The notes beneath the pieces were generated by a model that saw only the letters and a list, made by a program, of their open reading frames with translations, was not told the DNA's origin and did no database searches. A stretch of 64,000 nucleotides of DNA from an uncultured Candidatus Binatia bacterium (GTDB lineage Bacteria; Desulfobacterota; Binatia; UBA9968; JAJDTQ01): contig OZ251459.1 in assembly GCA_965242525.1 (NCBI GenBank), forward strand, positions 128,001 through 192,000, written 5' to 3'. This document shows positions 57,525 to 64,000 of the stretch, piece after piece; the stretch's first letter is position 1; each line of letters opens with the position of its first letter. Position numbers and translations under genes: made by a program.

Positions 57525-59066
57525 TCAGGCCTTGATCTTCATCTCTTCGAGCAGGATCTTCTCGTCCGGGCGCGGGTTCCAGTCGATGTTCCGGGCCGCG
57601 CCGTAGTGGTCGAACAGTTGGTACAGCGGGATCAGCGGCGCCTCGTCCATGATGACCTCGCTCATCTTCCGCAGGATGGACAAGCGCTTGGCTTCATCTG
57701 ATTCGGCCTGCTCCGCGTCCACCAGTTGGTCGAACTCGGCATGGCTGAAGTTGGTGCGCTTGGAGCCGCCGGTGCGGAAGTACTGGTACAGCGGCGTGTC
57801 CGCGTCCAGGACGCTGCCCCTGCCGATGTAGTAGAAGGGGACCTTGCCGCCGTTGACTCCGCCTCGGCCCCAGAAGACCACCCATTCCTGCGGCACGATC
57901 TCGACCCGGAACCCGCCCTTGGACATCTGGTTGGCCACCACCTGCACCAGTTCCGTGTCCTTCTCGTACTTGCCCGGCGAGAAGTGCAGCTTCACGTCCA
58001 CGCCGTCGGGATGGCCGGCCTTGGCCAGCAACTCCCTGGCCTTCCCGGGGTCGTAGGGGTAGCGCTTGACGTCGGGGTTGTAGCCGATGACGCGGGGTCC
58101 CACCGGTCCCTGGAGCACCTCGCCGTTGCCGTCGAAGATGTTCTTGACGATGGCGTCGGCGTCCACGCAGTGGTTGGCGGCCTGCCGCACCAGCTTGTTG
58201 TCCCAGGGCTTGTAGTTGACGTTGAAGGCGAAGAAGTAGATCCGCAGGCCGGGCACGCTGCGCACCCCGACCCGGGGATTGCGGTTGAGCCGCGCCACCT
58301 CGTGGACCGGCACCCGGTCCATGACGTCGGTCTGCCCGGCCTCCAGGCCGGCCATGCGCGACGAGACCTCCACCACCTTGCGCCACACCAAGTCCCGGAC
58401 CGCGGGTTTCCGTCCCCAGTAATCGTCGTTCCGGGTCAGCACCAATTCACCGTCGCGCTTGAAACTGACGAACTTGTAAGGCCCGGTGCCCGTGGGGTGC
58501 TTGTCCACGTCCTGGCCGTACTTGTCGGCCACGGCCTTGCTCATGACGAAACGGTTGCGCACGCCCCGGGACAGGAACGTCACCGAGGGCTTCTTGGTCA
58601 CCACCACCACCGTGTGCTCGTCCGGCGTCCGCACTTCCTGGACGTTCCGGAACGACCGCCGTTGCAGGCTCTTCTTGTCGTTCTTCATGCGGTCGATGGA
58701 GAACGCCACGTCCTCGGAGGTCAGGGAGCTGCCGTCGTGGAACCGGACGCCCTTGCGCAGCTTGAACTCCCATTCCTTGCCTCGGTACTCCCAGGACTCC
58801 GCCAGCCGTCCCACGAACCTGGCCTGCTGGTAGTCGAACTCCACCAGCGGCTCCATCATGTGCTGCCACACGCCGTACAGCGCGCCGCTGCTGTGGTCGT
58901 AGGGATGCAGGTTGTCGAGCCCGCTCGCGTTATAGACGATCACCCGGTCCCTGGACGCCGCCCACGCGAACCGGCCCAGCGAAGGATGCATCATGGCCGC
59001 AAGCCCTACTGCGGCGCCCCCCTTGAGCACGTCCCGACGACTGATGCGTTTCCTGTCGTCACTCAT
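57525..59066 (-). CDS. ABC transporter substrate-binding protein, family 5, Tat signal
   Basis: SRRDVLK twin-arginine motif; LAESW, FKLRKGVRFHDG, GTGPYK, VRQA. Confidence 0.92.
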   Translation of the reverse strand: MSDDRKRISRRDVLKGGAAVGLAAMMHPSLGRFAWAASRDRVIVYNASGLDNLHPYDHSSGALYGVWQHMMEPLVEFDYQQARFVGRLAESWEYRGKEWEFKLRKGVRFHDGSSLTSEDVAFSIDRMKNDKKSLQRRSFRNVQEVRTPDEHTVVVVTKKPSVTFLSRGVRNRFVMSKAVADKYGQDVDKHPTGTGPYKFVSFKRDGELVLTRNDDYWGRKPAVRDLVWRKVVEVSSRMAGLEAGQTDVMDRVPVHEVARLNRNPRVGVRSVPGLRIYFFAFNVNYKPWDNKLVRQAANHCVDADAIVKNIFDGNGEVLQGPVGPRVIGYNPDVKRYPYDPGKARELLAKAGHPDGVDVKLHFSPGKYEKDTELVQVVANQMSKGGFRVEIVPQEWVVFWGRGGVNGGKVPFYYIGRGSVLDADTPLYQYFRTGGSKRTNFSHAEFDQLVDAEQAESDEAKRLSILRKMSEVIMDEAPLIPLYQLFDHYGAARNIDWNPRPDEKILLEEMKIKA

Positions 59067-59171
59067 ATTGTAACTCCTTTCTTCCTGGATTCCAGGTCCT
59101 GGTTGTGGCCTTCGTTGCAGGTTCCTTCAGGGTCTCGACCACCTGTGGCTGCGCGGCCTCCCCTTGCAGCC

Positions 59172-59459
59172 CTAGGCGATGTAGCCCCATTTGCGGAAGG
59201 TGGCTTGCAGTTCCGGATCGTCTCGGAACGCCTGGTAGTAGATATATTCCGGGGCCAGGTCCGTTCCGTTGGGCCAAACGATCGTCTGGAGTTCTTCGTC
59301 CACCCGGAACTTCCTGAACGCCTCCAGCTTCTTCAGCGGCTCGAACACCGGTCCCTCCAGCGCCTCCGTGAGGTCCGCGACGCCCTGGCGCCCGTCGTCG
59401 AAGCATACTTCCACCCTGTAGCCGTCGAGGGGTCTTGCCTTTGTCACGTGAAGGAACAT
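59172..59459 (-). CDS. DUF2442 family protein (antitoxin-like)
   Basis: V..ARPLDGYRVEVCFDDG, GPVFEPLK, TIVWPNGTDLAPE. Confidence 0.82.
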   Translation of the reverse strand: MFLHVTKARPLDGYRVEVCFDDGRQGVADLTEALEGPVFEPLKKLEAFRKFRVDEELQTIVWPNGTDLAPEYIYYQAFRDDPELQATFRKWGYIA

Positions 59460-59563
59460 CGAAGTTGCATGGTGGAGCACGCCGCTTCGGGCCGCTCAAC
59501 TCAACAGGGTTGCTGGAAGCCTTCCGCCGAGTTCAGGCCGCTTATGTTGGCGATGGGCATGGC

Positions 59564-60652
59564 TCAGAACACTACGACGCCCCGGGCCGCTTCTCCCTGC
59601 TTCAGCCGTTCGACCCCTTCGTTGATCTCTTCGAGCTGGTAGCGGTGGGACACCAGCCGGTCCAGGTCCAGGCGTCCGGCTTGGTAATGCTGCACCATCC
59701 TGGGGATGTCGATGAGTTGGCGCGCGTTGCCGTAGCCCGTGCCGGTGAGGGTCTTCTGCTCGCGCACGAAGCGCAGGGGGTCGATGGACGCCCGGTGGTC
59801 CATGGGGGCCATTCCTACTACCACCACGGTCCCGCCCACCCGCGCGCATTCCAGCGCCTGTTCCACTGTGGGACCGAGGCCGATGGCCTCGAAGACGTAG
59901 TCGGCGCCGCCGTCGGTGATCTCGCGCACCCGCTTGGCCACGTCCTCGCGCGCGCCGTTGACCTTGTGGGTGGCGCCGAACTCCTGGGCGTATTCGAGCT
60001 TGCCGTCGAGGATGTCGATGGCGACGATGGCGCTGGCGCCCACCAGCCGCGCCCCTTGGACCACGTTCAGGCCCACGCCGCCGCAGCCGATGACCGCCAC
60101 CGTGTCCCCGGCTTCCACCCGTGCGGCGTTGGTGACGGAGCACACGCCGGTGGTGACGCAGCAGCCGATGAGGGCCGCCACCTCCGGGGGAACGTCCCCG
60201 GTGACCGGGATGGCCTGCTCCGCCGGACACACCACCTGCTCGGCCCAGGTCCCGAGCCGCGCCGAGACGAACAGCGGCTGCCCCTTGAGGCTCACCCGGG
60301 CGGTGCCGTCGTGCATGAGCTGGCGCGGGGAGTCGTGGCCGTTGCACAGCACCGGGATGCCGCGCACGCAGTTCCTGCACCGGCCGCAGTTGGGACGGAA
60401 GGAGAGGATGACGTTGTCGCCGGGCTTCACGTGGTCCACGCCGGCGCCCACCGCTTCGACCGTGCCCGCGCCCTCGTGGCCCAGGATCGCCGGGGTCCGG
60501 TTGTCCCACTCGCCCTTGATGTTGTGCAGGTCGCTGTGGCAGATGCCCGTGGCGCCGATGCGAACCTGCACCTCGCGTTCCCGGGGTCCCTCGACGTCCA
60601 CCTCTTCGACCGCCAGGGGCGTGTTCGTCCCCGTCAGGACCGCGGCTTTCAT
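59564..60652 (-). CDS. Zn-dependent alcohol dehydrogenase (class III-like MDR)
   Basis: GICHSD, GHEGAG, CGRCRNC...C, GCGGVG. Confidence 0.93.
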   Translation of the reverse strand: MKAAVLTGTNTPLAVEEVDVEGPREREVQVRIGATGICHSDLHNIKGEWDNRTPAILGHEGAGTVEAVGAGVDHVKPGDNVILSFRPNCGRCRNCVRGIPVLCNGHDSPRQLMHDGTARVSLKGQPLFVSARLGTWAEQVVCPAEQAIPVTGDVPPEVAALIGCCVTTGVCSVTNAARVEAGDTVAVIGCGGVGLNVVQGARLVGASAIVAIDILDGKLEYAQEFGATHKVNGAREDVAKRVREITDGGADYVFEAIGLGPTVEQALECARVGGTVVVVGMAPMDHRASIDPLRFVREQKTLTGTGYGNARQLIDIPRMVQHYQAGRLDLDRLVSHRYQLEEINEGVERLKQGEAARGVVVF

Positions 60653-60701
60653 GCGCGCGCCTCCGCCTGCGTCACGAACGGGACTCCGGCCGCGGCGTTC
60701 C

Positions 60702-62243
60702 TCACTCGGTGATCCTCATCTCCCAGGTGCGGATGCGCTCGTCGGAACGGGGCGACCACTCGATGTTGGCCGCGGAGCCGTAGATGTCCGCCAGGTTCCA
60801 CAACGGCACCCACGGGGAGTCTTCCTTCAGGATACGGCCCGCCTGGTGCAGCAGCTTCGCCCGCTTCGCGGGGTCGGCTTCCGCCTGCTCCGCGTCCATG
60901 AGCTTGTCGAACTCCGGGTTGCTGTATGAGATCCGCGGGCTCATGCCGGTCTTGAAGTACTGTTCCAGGTGGGTGTGGACGTCGATGACGCCGCCGCGTC
61001 CGATGTAGTAGAACGGGGTCTTGCCGCCGTTGACCCCGGACTTGCCCCAGAACACCCCCCATTCCTGGGACACGAGCTCCACGTCGAAGCCCCCTTGCTT
61101 CATCTGGCCGGCAATGGCCTGGAGCACCTCGTTGTCCTTGGGATACCGTCCCCCGGAATAGTAGAGTTTCACGGACACGCCGTCCGGGTGCCCGGCCTTG
61201 GCCAGCAGTTCCCGGGCCTTCTTCGGGTCGTAGGGATAGCGCTTGGCGTCGGGGTCGTAGCCGATGGTCTGCGGCCCGCCGGCGCCCTCCACCACGAAAC
61301 CGGCGCCGTCGAAGATGTTCTTGACGATGGAGTAGGCGTCCACCGAGTAGTTGGCGGCCTGCCGCACCAGCTTGTCGTCCCAGGGCTCGAACGCCTGGTT
61401 GATGGCCAGGAAATAGATGCGCGACCCCGGCACCGACTTGATGTTGATCCTGGGGTTCTTGGAGAGGCGCGCCACGTCGTGGGCCGGCACCGCGTTGATG
61501 ACGTCCACCTGCCCGGATTCGAGGGCCGCCACCCGCGCCGCCTCTTCGGTGACCTTCCGCCACACCAGGGTCTTGACCTGCGGCTTGACCGCGCCCCAGT
61601 AGGCGTCGTTGCGCTCCAGCACCAGGTCGCCGTCGCGCTTGAAGCTCACGAACCGGTAGGGTCCGGTGCCGGTCGGATGCTTGTCCACGTCCTCGCCGTG
61701 CCTGTCCGCGGCCGCCTTGCTCATGATGAAGCGGCTCTGGAGCTTGTCCAGGAACACGACGTTGGGCTTGTCGGTGACCAGCACCACGGTATGGTCGTCC
61801 GGCGTCCTCATCTCCACCAGTTCCCGCAACTGGCGCCTCTGGCGGCTCTTCTTGTCCGCTTTGACGCGGTTGAAGGAATACACCACGTCCTTGGACGTGA
61901 ACGGCGAACCGTCGTGGAACTGGATGCCCTTGCGCAGCTTGAAGACCCATTCCTTGCCCTTGAACTCCCAGGACTCGGCGAGCTTCGGCACGTACTGCTT
62001 GCGCTTCTGATCGACTTCCACCAGCGGCTCCATGATGTGCTCCCAGATGCCGTAGGCCGGGCTCAGGCTGTGGGCATAGGGATTGAGGGAGTCGATGCTG
62101 CCGGCGTGGTAGATGACCACCCGCTCCTTGGAGGCGGCCCAGGCCGCCCCTGACGCGAGCACGCCCAGGACCAGCGCCGAGGCTGCAAGCAGCATCCACG
62201 CCCTTTGCCGTGGTTTCTCGTGGGAAAGCATTCGAGGTTTCAT
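60702..62243 (-). CDS. ABC transporter substrate-binding protein, family 5
   Basis: GGAGGA RBS, ATG 62243; close paralogue of 57525-59066. Confidence 0.9.
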   Translation of the reverse strand: MKPRMLSHEKPRQRAWMLLAASALVLGVLASGAAWAASKERVVIYHAGSIDSLNPYAHSLSPAYGIWEHIMEPLVEVDQKRKQYVPKLAESWEFKGKEWVFKLRKGIQFHDGSPFTSKDVVYSFNRVKADKKSRQRRQLRELVEMRTPDDHTVVLVTDKPNVVFLDKLQSRFIMSKAAADRHGEDVDKHPTGTGPYRFVSFKRDGDLVLERNDAYWGAVKPQVKTLVWRKVTEEAARVAALESGQVDVINAVPAHDVARLSKNPRINIKSVPGSRIYFLAINQAFEPWDDKLVRQAANYSVDAYSIVKNIFDGAGFVVEGAGGPQTIGYDPDAKRYPYDPKKARELLAKAGHPDGVSVKLYYSGGRYPKDNEVLQAIAGQMKQGGFDVELVSQEWGVFWGKSGVNGGKTPFYYIGRGGVIDVHTHLEQYFKTGMSPRISYSNPEFDKLMDAEQAEADPAKRAKLLHQAGRILKEDSPWVPLWNLADIYGSAANIEWSPRSDERIRTWEMRITE

Positions 62244-62402
62244 GGGGGAGTCCTCCTTCCGGAACCCGAACCCGTCGCGGGTCCGTACCCGCGATACATA
62301 GGAAATTGTCCCGTGGAAAGTCAACCGGAAAGTCACCGGGCGCCCTGTCCCCGAGCGCACGGCCGCGGGATTGACCTTCACCCGCGAGGTCGATATGGGT
62401 AA

Positions 62403-62665
62403 GGGAACGTCTGGACAATCGAGACATGGAGGGTGGATTCCCTCGCTCGACCTTCCTGTCAAGGGTCTTGGAGCAGGCGCCATTGACAGGAAAGGAACCG
62501 GGGTGAAGGGCCTGTAGCCTGTGAACAGGGGCGGCTACCGCGCTATCATACGTCCTTGTAGCGGCAGCTACTCCAGGATCCGCAATATTCCCGTTCGTCC
62601 TGAGCGTAGCGAAGCGAAGTCGAAGGGCGCGCTCATGCCCTCTGCCCAATCGTTCGGAGTCTCCT
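62403..62665 (-). mobile_element. MITE-like element, copy H, with an enlarged interior
   Basis: TIRs at 62403 (GGGAACGTCTGGACAATCGAGACA) and 62665; core at 62591-62633. Confidence 0.7.
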
Positions 62666-62713
62666 GATGTTCGCGCGCCGGCGTCCGCCGGCAGCCGCGA
62701 GTGGAGGTGTCCC

Positions 62714-64000
62714 ATGCCCCGAAACCACCTGCCGTATCCCGACACGGCGTTCGTCAACGGTAAGGTCCGCACGTTCGCGGCCGGGACGCAAACGGCGCAA
62801 ACGGTCCAGGCGGTGGCCTGCTCTGGCGGGCGCATCGCCGCGGTGGGGACATCGGACGAAGTCCTGCGGCTGTGCGGCGCCGATACCCGGGAAGTGGACC
62901 TCGGGGGCCGCACCGCGGTCCCCGGACTCACCGACGCCCACGTCCATCTGGCGGACAAGGGACTGGCCGAGCGGGAACTCGTGGACTGCCGGGACTTCTA
63001 CGGCCCGGTTGCGAGCATCGCCGACGTCCTGGCCCGGCTGTCCAGACAGGCCGCGGACACCCCGGCCGGCCGCTGGGTGGTGGGGCAGGGCAGCCCCATG
63101 CAGGACTTCCGCATGGCGGACAAGCGCTTCCCCGACCGGAACGACCTGGACGCCGCGGTCCCGGACCACCCGGTGTCGCTCTCCTTCGGCGCCCACGTGA
63201 CCGTGGCCAACAGCCGGGCCCTGGCCTTGGCGGGGATCGACCGGGAGACGCCGGACCCGGCCGGCGGCTCCATCGAGCGGGACCCTGGCGCCGGCGAACC
63301 CACCGGCGTCCTGCACGAGCGCGCCCAGCTCATGGTGGCCGGCGTGACCCCGGACTTCGACGCGGCCCAACGGAAGCAGGGCATCGCGTACGCGGTGCAA
63401 CAGAGCCTCGAACGGGGCGTGACCACCATCCACGACATCGTGAAGGACCCGGCCGCGGTGCGCGCCTACCAGGAGTTGGCGCGGGAAGGCGGACTGCACA
63501 TGCGGGTGAGCCTGCTGCTGCGGGTCATCGAGTCCGCCATGAGCACGGACAGCGTGCTGGAGACGGGCCTGCAGACCGGCTTCGGCAACGAGTGGCTGCG
63601 GGTGGGCGGCGTGAAGATGAGCATCGACGGCGGCATCACCGGCAGGAACGCGCTCTTCTACGAACCCTACCTGGACGCGCCGGGGCACCGCGGCCTCATC
63701 CGCATCCGGCAGGACGAGCTGGACGAGACCGTGGCCCGGTGCCACCGGGCGGGCCTCCGGTGCTGCGTGCACGCCATCGGCGACCGCGCCTTCGACATGG
63801 CGCTGGAGGCCTACGAGAAAGCGCTGCGCACGTCTCCCAAGGACGACCACCGCCACCGCATCGAGCACATGGGCAACTGGCTCATGTCCCCGGAGCGCAT
63901 CGAGAAGCTGGTGCGCATGGGCATCGTGGCCATCCCCAACATTTCCCTGGGTTACTTCGTCGGGGACTCCATCCGGGAGTCCATCGGCGCCCATCGTCTG
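62714..64000 (+). CDS. amidohydrolase family 3 (YtcJ-like), truncated by the window end
   Basis: GGAGG RBS, ATG 62714 (MPRNHLPYPDTAFVNG); PGLTDAHVH, HAIGD, RHRIEH. Absent from the ORF track because it has no stop in the window. Confidence 0.88.
   Translation, partial: MPRNHLPYPDTAFVNGKVRTFAAGTQTAQTVQAVACSGGRIAAVGTSDEVLRLCGADTREVDLGGRTAVPGLTDAHVHLADKGLAERELVDCRDFYGPVASIADVLARLSRQAADTPAGRWVVGQGSPMQDFRMADKRFPDRNDLDAAVPDHPVSLSFGAHVTVANSRALALAGIDRETPDPAGGSIERDPGAGEPTGVLHERAQLMVAGVTPDFDAAQRKQGIAYAVQQSLERGVTTIHDIVKDPAAVRAYQELAREGGLHMRVSLLLRVIESAMSTDSVLETGLQTGFGNEWLRVGGVKMSIDGGITGRNALFYEPYLDAPGHRGLIRIRQDELDETVARCHRAGLRCCVHAIGDRAFDMALEAYEKALRTSPKDDHRHRIEHMGNWLMSPERIEKLVRMGIVAIPNISLGYFVGDSIRESIGAHRL

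Noticed and set aside
1-64000. tRNA, rRNA, integrase, transposase, reverse transcriptase or prophage genes
   Set aside because: None recognised by eye; covariance-model and HMM searches were not possible.

Overview
High-GC bacterial chromosomal window; taxonomy cannot be determined from the sequence. The backbone is metabolic: a complete E. coli-type nuoA-N operon with fused NuoCD, an oxalate/formyl-CoA-type cluster (ThDP enzyme, frc, ADP-forming acyl-CoA ligase), ptrB, larE, two bicupins, an LLM oxidoreductase, three amidohydrolases, an amidase, an arylsulfotransferase and four solute-binding proteins without permeases. Small defence-like cassettes are interspersed with no integrase or transposase in view: two Type IIG RM fusions, a helicase-less Type ISP-like RM, a Dam-family MTase, an ABC-ATPase/TOPRIM (OLD-like) nuclease, a decayed AAA ATPase, TA remnants and an uncharacterised three-gene cassette inside the frc operon. 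Main observations: (1) two cassettes are followed by ~85%-identical copies of the 3' end of the upstream host gene (nuoN; arylsulfotransferase), suggesting an insertion mode targeting gene 3' ends; (2) the three-gene cassette (unknown / HEAT-like / possibly ART-like) is a candidate new defence or TA system; (3) a GST missed by the ORF track has an in-frame UGA at the catalytic position followed by a SECIS-like hairpin; (4) three repeat families occur, including a TIR-bounded MITE-like element in 8 copies, REPs around a GIY-YIG remnant that also bracket the Type ISP gene, and a REP doublet inserted in frame inside that gene. All calls come from manual reading; no database searches were run.
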